This document shows positions 36,173-51,400 of a stretch of DNA of 64,000 nucleotides, one piece after another. A program made the translations under genes and the position numbers. The DNA is taken from positions 48,856,001 through 48,920,000 of the forward strand of contig JANJGN010000002.1 of NCBI GenBank assembly GCA_026770705.1. Direction: 5' to 3'. How positions within the stretch are numbered: position 1 is the stretch's first letter; each line of letters starts with the position of its first letter. The notes beneath the pieces were generated by a model, which was given only the letters and a program-made list of their open reading frames with translations, made no database searches and was not told where the DNA came from. The DNA comes from Isurus oxyrinchus. Its lineage: Eukaryota.

Positions 36173-39100
36173 ATGGATTTGAAGATTAAAGGCCATGTTC
36201 CTGAATAAGCCTAGTGTCATGGCAGGATTTTCTTTGAAAATGCTATTGCTGAGCATTGCTCTTATAATCTGCCTCCTTGTGAAAGTTACTTTTCCTTTTC
36301 TTTGTGTTTAATTCTTTATCTCCCTCAGTCTTCCTTCCCTCTTATAATCTAGGCACTTTTAAGACTCAAGCTTGATGCCAAGTCATTACTCTTTCCTGAT
36401 TAACCCAGCCCTGTCCTCTACTCTGTTCGACCTTGGTTATACCACATAACTAAGAAGGTGTTCCAAAACTGGAAAAAGTGCAAAGCAACCAAGTCGCTTC
36501 TGGTTTTCACTCGTGCAAGTGATAGTAGTAAATCTAAATAGTAGGTGGCTGCTTTTGAATCATCAGTGGCACTGATGAGCTTTGGTACAACGTATCACAA
36601 GCTTTTTAGGGTGCAGGCATATGGAGCAACTTCATTAATAACTGTTATTGTTGAAAGCTTTTTTATTCGCATTTCATCATGTGGTCGTGGAACTGAAGGA
36701 CGAAAAGAAAGTCTTTGAACAGTTATTTCCTTCTTTGAAATGATTTGAAAAACTAGATAGGTAGGTTAGATTTATTTTATCTAGGCCCCTCTCTCTCCAT
36801 GCTGAGATTCTGAAACAATGTCCAAAAGGTGAAATTCTATTTTCATCAACTTCACACAAAGAAAAAAATAAACTGAGAAATTATTGCTCTATGAAAGGGA
36901 ATAAAGTGGGGAATTAATGCACAGGTAAAGTGAAATTATACTGTAGGGAACAGTATAGGGAACCAAAATCCTGATTTTCTTAACAGACGGCAGAGTCTTG
37001 ACTTGCCCTCCACTGTTTTTTTAAAACAAGAAGCAAAATAAAGTTGCATTTAAAGAAATGGTGACACTTATAGTTTATGTAGTTGAACATGACTGCCCGC
37101 TGCAAACTGGCAGGTACAATAGATAAAGGCTTGTGAACTGTACAGGTCGACCACTTGATAACTTTCCATCAACTGTAGGATGTTGCATAATTGAGATACA
37201 ACAGAAATTGAATAGGTAGTTAGTGAACAGGGAAAAGAGATAAAACTGCCAAGATTCATAACATTCTATAAACAATGGTATTTTACAACAGCAAAACACT
37301 TAATTGAATTGGGTTAGTTATATTTGTTCTTGTGAGGAGGCGGAATAGAAATGTTTTAAGCAATGTTTAAATTTGTTATTCTTTTTAGTTTGCTGAATTA
37401 AAGTTTGTGCTATGCTATCACAAACTTTTTACACAGTAATATTTTAATGTGGGTAACACTTGTTTGTCTCACTGGACTGTATAATCAGAAGTGAAATTAG
37501 CACCATGATAGTAGTTTGGATCCAACTTTAAAATACGTTGAAAGAATTGTTCTCTCTGGCATGCTGCATGGTTTCACAACAAATGTATACAGACTGTGTT
37601 GAGAACTAATCTTTTATTAGGGCAAAATATTTGCATAAATGAACTTGACTATTTGTTCCATTTTTAACGACATTTGGAAATAAATAAAAATTAAACTAGA
37701 AATCTAAAAATAGATTGAAGAAAGATTATTGTTGTCACAAAAATTGCATCCATTCCCAATGCACAGAATCTGCACCAGGCACAGATTGGAGGATTTTTGT
37801 TTTGTCCTTTATGCAAGATTCTTTCAGCCTGCACTTCACCCTTTTTAATTTATCCCTTTCAGACAATGTGTTCAGCTCCATTATGGAAAATGTAGTTTGC
37901 TTTATTGTAGTATTTCAATAGCCACTTTCTTGCCAGGAGAGTAAAGGACTGCAGTATGCTATTAAGAGGATTGCGTGACATTATGTCAAATTCTGTTGAG
38001 TAGTTGCAGTGTGAAGCTCCTAGTTTTCCTCTTAACTCTTCTTACTGTAATACCTGTAGTTTGCCTCTTTTAACTCTCTGAATTGCAACAAATCCTTTGC
38101 CCTTCGCAATGACGTTTATTAATAGAATATTCTATTTTCTGCCCTTCATGGCCGTAATTCACAATGTGTGTATTTTTTAAATTAGGTACACAATTTAAAA
38201 GGAAAATAAGTACATTTCGAGAACAACACACTCCTTTTTGTTCTACATCCTGACCATCTGACATTCATTTCATCGGTACTCTGGATTTTAATCCTAACCT
38301 ATAGAAATCTCAGATACAGCTGTAAAATGCTGTTGTTGCCAGAATAAAAAGTGCTCATTCCTCACCACTATGCCTTAATGCAATGATGATATGTTTGCTC
38401 CGACAGTTGACAAGCCATTGTATCATTTAGATTCCATAATGACACCTTGTCACACTGAAATGGTCATGTTTTCCCAAATCATACATTACAGTGTTGATTC
38501 CTGACATACTGTATCATCTAGATGTGCTTTTACCACCCCCCACATCCCCCCCCCTTCCAAGTTGAATGCAGTTTGGTGCCATTTTCCTATTGACTGATCC
38601 ATATTTTGGCACCTTGTGTAGAGAGTACAATTAGTTCAAGCAGAAAAGTGAATTACAATGTGTTCTTCAAAGCAGAAACGTTAACATTGTAGCTAGATTC
38701 TTTCACTGGAGCACAAAAGAATTACAGTGATTACTTTCAGAACCACTAATCTAAATTCAGAGAAGGTTGCTCCCTCAGTTTGCAGAATCTTTTCAGAGCA
38801 AGAAAAAAATTGCATTTGAATGAGGTGGAAAAGGAAATTGATTCATAAGTATGTCTTCAAATAACGTTCAGTTCAGATAAAATAACTTTCTAGTTGTGAG
38901 TTGCTACATGCCTAAAGTCTGGTTGATTCTCAGAAGAAAAGCAATGCTTTTCAAAATCTATTGTAAGCATCACTATTTTGACAATACTTTGCACAAAGAC
39001 TACTTTTTAAAATGTATCTTAAAAATAGAAAGTAATGCATTAAAGCTAATGATTATCCTGTATCCAGGGAAGATCAGTTAGGAAACCACATGATTTTAAA

Positions 39101-41638
39101 AAGGTGCATTATTGTTTTGGGTTTGTGGTTTGTAAGCAGGAAATTTGTAACTGTGAAGAGGTCTGTTTATGTGTTGGAAGATCAAAAGTAGAGGTGGCCA
39201 TGCCAATTTTCTATAATTTTCACAATAGAAATTATATTGATCTGTTTGAAAATATACTCTGAATACGTATAATGTGCCACATTATTTGTCAGGCATTGTT
39301 TACATGCAGGCATTTTTGATTTGTAAGCTTAAAAATGTTCTAACAGAATTTAATAGTCTGTTATCTCGTTTAAAGAGGCCATCAGTTTAACAGGTAGAGT
39401 GCCTATATTTTGATGAACCACATTGGCTTTAGATGAATGATATAAGGAAAAAGGGAGGACTTTTTCTTTCATTCGTCTGCTTCATTATGGATGACTTGCT
39501 GCCTAGGAAGGTATCATGGTCGATGTCATAGGGTTCGGCGTGACCATAGGGGATCACTGAAGTGCGATGAGCTGAGTGATGCCATTTTTGCTTTTTTGTA
39601 GCCCAACAAAGAAGTAACAAAACTCACTCAAAAGAGGCAAGAATATTCAAGTCCAAACACTGACGATTACTTCAGTTAATGACTTACAGGTCAAAAGGGA
39701 AAATGCTGTATGATTTGAGTTTGTAGGCTATCCTCCAAACTTAAAACTCATCAATAAACTGTTACAGTCACAATTTTTTGTTTTTATTGCTCCAAAGTTG
39801 ATAAGGAACACAGAGATCAAGCCTCAGAACCTGCAGTGCAGCATATAATGGTAAAACCTTTAGAATTGTCCAGTTATCATTGAACTAAATGGGAAATCTG
39901 GAAAGTTTCAGATGGCATTAGATAATGTGTTACTTCATCAATGCAGTATACATGTAAACAACAAGGAACTGAGTTTATTTTTAATCTTTACTTTTTAATC
40001 TCATCCTAATCTCTGTTTTCTTCCAAAACATGTTTAGAAACCATCTGAAAATGTATTCAACATAGTTGGAGACATAATAGGTCTATTACCTGGAGGTAGA
40101 TACATTCTCATAGCAAGTATATGCTCAAAGGGGAAACCCAGAAAATGGAGAAAATAATTGGTACACAAATACTTAGACCTCCCCATTACTTAACAGAATG
40201 CAGTTAACTAATAGTAAAATGGAAGTAAACCTTGAAATACACTAATCATTTTTGATTAGAATGTGTCCTATCATATACCTTGCAATTAGTTAATTGCATT
40301 TGATGATTCATTTAATTCAACAGGTTATCAATTGTCTTTTTCAACCTAATAAATAGTGTGCTATAGATTCCTCTTTGTTCATATAAAAAGGTGTTAAAGT
40401 GTCAAGCAGCTCTTTTTGTCCAGCTTTGGTGTGGTATCAGAGGGTCATTCTTTACCAGACTGCATGAGTCAAGGACCTTGCCTGCAACAAATTTTCCTTG
40501 CAGCCAGTGCTGTTAATGAGAGCAGTAATTAATTGATATCTCTCCCATCCCTTGACTACCACTCGGGGCAAAGAGTGGGGATTAAATTTTTCCCAAGTCA
40601 ACATTAGAGAGAGCTGAATGTGCATTGACTTACAACAGCTCTGTGAATTCCTCTAATTTAGAGTACTTACTCTTCCACTTATTACATTGTAATTACTGCT
40701 CTCCAATACATTATGTTCACAGACTTCAGTTGGAAATTATTAGTGCACTCTCCCTCTCTCCTCTTGAAATTCCATGGCACTATTAATGTGGGATTAGAAC
40801 ATGCACAACTATCTATAAATTCAGTTGTCAGGTGCTGGTTTTTATTCTGGTCTGCAGTTGAATTTAAAATTAGAGGCACTAAAATTCACATTAGCAGCAA
40901 GAGCAATGGAATTCTAAAAACTATATTTAACAAAGAAAACCTTTTCTGTCAGAAAAAAGCTATTTGGGAGGTTATGATCTTATCCTTTTGTGGGTGAAGA
41001 ATTGACTTCATTCCATTTTGTGCTGTCAATGCAGAATTTGATGTCACTCTGCACTGAGCACAGAGATTTGGTTGTGTTTTTCAAATGGGGGTTAATTTGT
41101 GTCAATTGAAAAATTATTGAATCAATCTTTGGGGGATTTTTGTCATTGTACTTTTTTTTGTTACAAGTTTCCTATTAGCATTTTGAGACAACTCACATTT
41201 AAATCTCAAAGTGTTAACCACAGTAATTGCTTCAAGCCTAGCTGTGCCTATTTTGCTCAGCATATCTGTATTTTTAAAATCTTGCCAGTCTTTTAGCATT
41301 AAGATAAGGGCAGGTTATATTCAGATAATACCTATTTGTAACTGTTGCGCAATGACTGTTCCCAAGGTAGAATTTGAATGAGAGAATTATTTTGGGGAGA
41401 GAAGCAGTTTTGAGGATGATTTCTTTCCTTTTCCTCACTTCCTCTGCCCCCACCCCCACCCCCACCTTTAAGTTTTGTTTACCACCTGTCTTTAGCTTTG
41501 ATAAACCTCTGTCATGCCCTTATGCTGATTATGTTCGTGTAGAACAACTTGTATTGACTAACGAATGAATGATGCCTGGTCCCTTGCCTATCAGAAAGCC
41601 CCTAAAGAATGTTGTTTTTAATTCGATGCTTTTCACAG

Positions 41639-42051
41639 GCTTCTCTGCAGAATGTCAGCCAAGGATCGACACATTGATTCGAGCTGCTCATCATACATTA
41701 AGACAGAGCCGTCCAGCCCTGCCTCGCTGACAGATAGTATCAATCACCACAGTCCAGGTGGCTCGTCGGACGCCAGTGGGAGCTACAGCTCCACTATGAA
41801 TGGACACCAGAATGGCCTGGACTCTCCCCCACTCTACACAACGACCAGCTTGGGCAGCAACGGCAGTTCCCGTAAACGGTACGACGACTGTTCGAGCACT
41901 ATAGCCGAAGACTCGCAGACCAAGTGCGAGTACATGTTGAACTCCATGCCCAAAAGATTGTGTTTGGTCTGCGGTGACATAGCATCAGGATATCATTATG
42001 GTGTTGCTTCCTGTGAGGCCTGCAAAGCATTCTTCAAGCGCACTATACAAG
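41639..42051 (+). CDS. ESRRG: ESRRG exon 2: A/B domain and first C4 zinc finger; short-isoform ATG at 41652
   Basis: Acceptor ttttcacag ends at 41638 and donor G|gtaata starts at 42052. Encodes [33 protein letters not shown]...[34 protein letters not shown], with the ERR P-box (EACKA), the phospho-dependent SUMO motif IKTEPSSP and gamma-type [29 protein letters not shown]. Confidence 0.97.
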
Positions 42052-44768
<2,717 letters not shown>

Positions 44769-47700
44769 TAAGGAAAAACTTAAATAAATTTTTTGGTTTT
44801 TACAGTATAATAAGGTACAGTATAAATAAATAAGCATATTTCATTGTAATCATTATTGTTTTAGTGATTTTTATGCAACTGAAGTGACAGAAGCATGATA
44901 AATCTTAATGTTAATAAATATATCATATGTATTGTATACAGATCTGCACAGGTAAGTTAAATAAAACGCATAAGTCAGTTTTATATTTGTTGCATGTTGG
45001 CATATGCCCAGCTGACTTAGAAGTCTTACTTCATTAAAAAAACTTATTTCATAACATTCAAGTATTTAAATTGACTTATTTGGGAGTGATGTTTGATGCA
45101 GTGATGTACCTAAAATTCAAAAGTAGAAATAATTATGATCGCAATCTACAGTGGGTTCAGTGATCTTGTCAAACTCTAGTTGATATGTCAACAGCAGAAA
45201 TTTATGAAAACTGAGTATTTGACCTTTTTTTCTCCACATGTTTGCTTAAGAATCAGACTGAATAAAGAAGCTCCTAGTCAAACACTGTTCTGCCAATTAC
45301 AAGGTGGCAAGTTCAAATTCCAAAGTTCTATTTCAACTTGCTTCTCAATTTCTAGCAGAGTTCACCAGACGGAAGATTACCCATGAAAATGAGACATTCA
45401 ATCTTGAGCTCGTGGGGGTGGAAAGATTTTGTGGTGGGAAAGAAAAGAACTGATGCAGGCTGGATTCCCCCACCTGAATCATATCTCTTAACCAATCATT
45501 CACAAAGATGATTGTATTATCATAGGCATGCAGAAGCGTGACTACCACCCCCACCCCCCAACCTTTCTAAGCATCCAAGGATGCATGATCTTGAACAGCC
45601 AACAAGTAACAGAAAATAGAAAAAAAGTGATGGGAGACGAAAAACTTTCAATAAAAAATACATTTTTAAAATGAATAGTATGTGGAAATTGGAAGGGTAA
45701 TGCTCCAATGTTTTATACAGTACTGGTAAACCTGACTCCTCCAGGAGGAGCACTCACTGTACTTTGTAATTAAATGTTAATAGTAATGGCTCTTGAAAGA
45801 GAGAGAATCCCCTTTATCACCTTCTACTAGACTGCATTTTAAAACCACCACAAATCAAATCCATATGACCTACCTTTTCAAATGTGGCCATCTTTCACAG
45901 AATAAATAAATAAGAAATTGAGCTAATCCACTTCAGGTACCACATTGAACAGAAGAGATGGGTCATTTTACAACATAATTCAATTTATTAATGTATCCTG
46001 AAATGTTTAATGTCAAGAATTTGCAAAACAAAAATGTTGTGATATGCTGACACAGCTAAAGGGACACTGTCATTGTAATGTCATTGTTGTACTGATTTCT
46101 TCTTCAAGGTTCTCTCCATTCTGCCACCAAAAGTGCACTTTAAAACAACTATTACTGGTCCAGTCTCAGAAGTATATACTAAGTAAGACTAATTCCAAAA
46201 CAGGGTCCTGTGAATTTTGCTTCATGGCAGCCATAGCCTTACAGTCATAACAAAAAACATTTTAAGATATAATTTTCTGTTGATTTTATATATGCTTCTT
46301 TTCAACATTTAGAAAATACGATGTTAAATGCTGGTAACTTGCATTCATCAAATCTTTGCAACTCCCTCCCCCGCCCCCCCAACACCCCACTAACCAACTT
46401 CCTTTTATTTTACCCACCTCTGAATATAAATATGTAATCAGGCAATATAATTGGGTGCTTCTCACTTGCACATATGGTACCAGTATTGTACCAACAAGTG
46501 TGGAATTATTCCAGTGGCATTGTCTTCCGAACTGTAATTGTTCTAATGCAATATGTTCAATACATAATGTAGTATATCCTTTTCTTCCAAAATAAAACTC
46601 TACAGTAGTGGAATCAGTAGCTTCTGTTCTCACACAAATATAGTATAGTAATGCCTTTGGTAGCTACTGTTTCTTCACATCTGCCAAGATATACCTCTGC
46701 CCTCACAGCAGCATCCATTATGCAGGCCTGTTTTAAATGTTTTAACATTTGCTTATGTGCAAGAGTTTAGATGACAGCTCAGTAATTGATAAGGGAAGTT
46801 AGAGACAGGCCTGACGGATGTTGTGCTGGTTTTGATATGGCATCTTTCCCCATGAGCCTTCAGACAAATAGCAGCCTTTTGTTCTACTCCCAGCCACCCA
46901 TATACACATATATCAATATGGCACTCCCATTTGTTGTGATGTGGTTGAATTTGATATTGGGGTCCTTCCTTACACTTGAATTACTGCTTCAAATAAGCAA
47001 TTAGAGTGTCTACAATGGAAACCTTGAAAACTCTGTAGTCTAATGAAGCACAAATTTGGATGCAGAACATGAAGGTATTTGAAGTTGGTGTTGCCCTCTG
47101 GGGAGATGATTGCCATTTGGGAGCAAGCATACAGCTAGGCTACTCCTCCTTTTTTTTTTCTTTTCCTCCCCCAAGTGAACTGTTTTTAGATTTAGTTTTG
47201 TTTTACAGCAACATGGAAGAGAATCTGCATCATTTTGTCATATTGATGCCAGCACCTGTGTTTCAGTGGCTGCTAGTTCATTTGCCAGTGTTTGAATCTG
47301 TTATTTGATTGAAGAACTGTTCTGTTCCTTTAATATTCATCTGCAGTTTCTTCCTCACCCCATCTGCTAGTGGAGAGTAGTTGTGGATTAGCTCGTCTGC
47401 AGGTACAGGTTTCATAAGAGGTAACTACAGCCTGGCTGCCAAAGCAAGCCCACTGAGAGCAGCTGTCTAGCCTCCCCCTTTTGCACTTTACCCTCCGTGG
47501 GCCCTCCGAATCTTCCTGGCTGGAGGCATAAATCATAGTCTTGTCACTAGCTCTTGGTTTTTGTATTATGCAATGCCTAAATTCATATGGAGCTGTTGGA
47601 ACATAAAGATAGATTATGGCTAACTTAAAAAGGTTTCTTCTCATGCATTTTAACAATATTACTTTTTGTTTTGCAGTAAAACCTCCAGTAAGGTACAGTA

Positions 47701-47885
47701 TTAGAATTACTGAAGCTAATTGAGGCAATATGTATTAATTTACTAATTTGTAATTATCACCTATTAATACACTATTGTAATTCCAGACCATATTATTCAA
47801 TGGCTGTTAATATAACTGTCTGCCCAAATAATTATTTGGTACAGGTTATATTTTGAGAGAATTGATAGACTTCAGACATTTTAAA

Positions 47886-48460
47886 GGGGATTTTCAACCC
47901 ATCCACCTGACAGAAAGCGAATGAGCAACAGTTAAAATCAATGGAGCATTCTGCGCCATTCACACTGTCCTATTTTAACCTGCTCTTCTGATCAGGTAGC
48001 TAAAACACTCACTCGAAACTTTTATTAATATGTAGATCAGACTTCGATTATGTCATCAGGTCCCAATTGCAATTTTAACTCTAGCCTGAGTGGGGAAGCA
48101 GTTATGGCTTTCCTGTCAGATGAAAACAGCAGGAAGAGGATTCAGAGTCAAAATAAGTCCACTTTTTTAAACTTCCATTGCAGGCCCAGGAGCAGCAGGA
48201 GTTGCCCTGGCTTCCCTCCCATGGGAGTGTTCTTACACCCCTTCCCAACAAGTTACCTTGTTGCTGGTGAACTCGACACCCCAATTTTCAATCCTGTTCA
48301 TCAGTCAGCTGCTGTTTGCCACCTATTTAAAATGGACAGCTGACCAATGACATGTAGATTTGGCCTAGGAATTAAAATCTCACAGGCCTCACACTGGTGG
48401 GGTTTGGCATTTACCTGACACTCCACCCATCCAATTCCACTCTTGGCTAAATCAGGGCTC
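47886..48460. mobile_element. Old MITE-like element
   Basis: Begins GGGGATTTTCAACC and ends GGCTAAATCAGGGCTC; GC-richer than its flanks. Confidence 0.4.
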
Positions 48461-51400
48461 TTGTGTCTGTGATCATGGAAAGGCTAGGTCTGAGTTTTGG
48501 ACCATATTTTATGCTCCAATCATTTGGAGCCTGTTGTTACTTACATTAGTGAAGCAGAACAGTAATGATGCTTTATTTGAAAATGCAGCTAATGTATTCA
48601 CCCATGTAACATACTTTAAAGAATGAATGCCACTCTCAGTTGAGCTTATTGTAAACTATACATCTATATTTGATTACTTTTTCATTGTGCTTCTGCATTA
48701 CCAAACATGGCACAATCTCCATTTCACTAAAATGACATTCCGAGCTATACTTTAGAAATTTCTATGAAGCAGAGACCCTAAAATCTCATTTTAATTTAAA
48801 AAGGCACCAGCCATGAATAGCTTCTGACTAAACCAATTTGTGTAGTAAAATACATCGAGGTATTCCAATTACAAACTGATGAAGAAGTAACTGATGTAAT
48901 ATTTCCGGTCAACCTTTACTTCATCTTTTAGGATCTCTTTTCTAAAATGTTGAAGCTGACTCACATATGTGGGTTCATTGTCATTCGCTTATGTGTACAT
49001 ATATTTTTTGTTCTCATTAATTATATTGGAAAGCATATTTGCCTTTATGGAACTCCAAAATCAAAATGTAAATAAGTATTTAATAAGAGAATTTTTTAGT
49101 TCTCATTCTTTGACATTTACTTGTTAATTTGACAGAAGCTTCCAGCAATAACAAGCTATGGCTTTTTGCATTTCTGGTAGATAAAAACAAAAGGGAGGGG
49201 GAAAAAACAACAAATGCTACCACATACTTTATCATATTGGACAAAAGGAAGATTTTTTTTTACCATTCCAAAGTTGTAAAGTAAGTCCCCATAGATTTTC
49301 TATTGATCAGGTAAGCATTTCCTGAACATGTTGTACTGTCAGGAGCTAATGGTGATTTTTGTCAAGTGTTGCCTTCTGGGAGCTTGAATACAATTAAGGG
49401 GTAAGTGTTGGTGAATATTTTCGTACCCTTTGGAGGGTCTCCAGGGAGGAACTAGCGAGGGACACGAGTCATTTCCAGCTGCACACCATACTCTCCACAA
49501 GTAGTATTTAAAGCAATGCTGCTTCTGACTGGCTGCCTTCCAAAATAACTTCCTCATTTGAATTCAAAAACGGAAAATTAATCCCCTCATGCTATTTCCC
49601 TGCCGAAAGATATTTTTATATTTTGTGTCAAATGTGAAGTAAGTTGATTATATCCTTGGAACATTTGTCTTTTGTAATTGCACAAGGTTGGAACTATTGC
49701 CTTGAATGCCTTATTTTATTGAAATATATCAATTGTTTTAAAGTTCTTAAATTTCCTAAACAAACCTTTTTCAGAAAAATAATTTTATTCATCCAAATTT
49801 GCAGGTATTTAGGTTCAAGATTTAGGAATCCTAACAACCAAAGTAGCCCAACCAGTGTATTTTGCCATCCAGTTAATATCAATGTTAGATTTCTTGACCA
49901 CAAGGTTTTTTTTTGGTTTACTAACACTTAAAAAGTCACCTATATTGTAGAGATGAAGATGGAATGGAATATTATGGCATCTATATTTTTAAGTGGATTT
50001 TGTAATTGCCGTAGCCAGCATGCATTCACCAGATTATAAAACAGTTCATTAGATTCCGAATATATCTTAGCGACAGATGGACAGAGCGTTCTTCGATTCC
50101 ACCCTGTTTGCTTACATTTATGTAGATTGTCGCTTCTGGTTCACGAACCCATGACAAACAGAAGTAAAACAGCATTGTAAATAAAGCTCAAAATTATATT
50201 TGTATTGATTCCCTGGTAATCTTAAAAGATTGTTCTTCCCATTGCTGTAAGTATTTTCATTATTTTTAAAACTGGTGGCATTTATATTTGTTTAGAAGTG
50301 TAGAGTTTATTTTTTCATAATCTGTTGTGGTTTGATTTTGATAATTTCCAAAGAGACAGGACTTTTACTTTCAGAAGCAGGTTAGCCAACAACAGTCTAA
50401 AACTTTAAAAATAGTACTTTACGATTAACTTTAAACTGACAAAGTGATGAATTGGACTGGATTTTTATCAACATATTTAAAGTGTATGGATACGAGTTTT
50501 GGATATCCAAATTATAATGGCAGTTTTTATATTGCTGATGGATTGTTCCTCGAGCACTTTTACCATTTTAAGAAACCAACCACTTTAAGAATATTTAATT
50601 TACAATGCTAAAATAAATTTGAGAAGCATTGAAGGCAATTCCCAAATAGCTTTAAGATTCTCAATTTACATCTGTATTAATCAAACTCACTTTATCCTTC
50701 AATTCTTTATAATTCTAATTTTTTCAACAAATTCAGTTAAAGGAACTGCAAATATTGAATTAATGAATTCAGTTTGATCTTCAATTACATTGACACTTGT
50801 TTCTTGAAATAGTCAAATCCAGATGTGTGGCATAGGCAGTTATATGAACTGATATTTACTGTAGCAAGCATAGTAATTATACAATATTATGTGATGTTTT
50901 AAAGTCCATTATATAAGCTAGGAAGCGTTTAAAGGTATAAATATTGCCCCAGAATTAAGCCATCTTTAACTGCAATGCAAGCCATCACAAATCTTACGCC
51001 TTTACAGTCAGCTGTTTATTTTTTTGTGTTTTGAACAGTGCCCTTTATATACACAAGCACAGTGCACATATGCACACTTTGAATATTGAAGCCACTCAGA
51101 AAGCCTTAACTGATTTGTGAAAGGCAAGCAATCATATCACTGCCTAAAATATTCACACAAGTCCCATAAGCTGTTTAAATGTCTAATTTGGGCTATATTT
51201 GGGAGTTGCTAAAGTATGGAGATAAGATTAATCGTACACAACCAAGTGAAGCTATGGCTAAGACCCCTGATTCTGCATTCCGAGTGTCAAAATGTTGTCA
51301 CAAGACACAAATGGAATGTGGCGATCTCAGATTGGTAATCTTAACACTGGCTCTGGTTAAACACAGTGTATGATAGTTTGATGTCAATACTCTAATTACC

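Larger units (their letters stand above)
15954..41638 (+). other. ESRRG: ESRRG intron between coding exons 1 and 2 (~25.7 kb)
   Basis: GT at 15954 and AG at 41637-41638, with a consistent reading frame across the junction. Confidence 0.9.
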
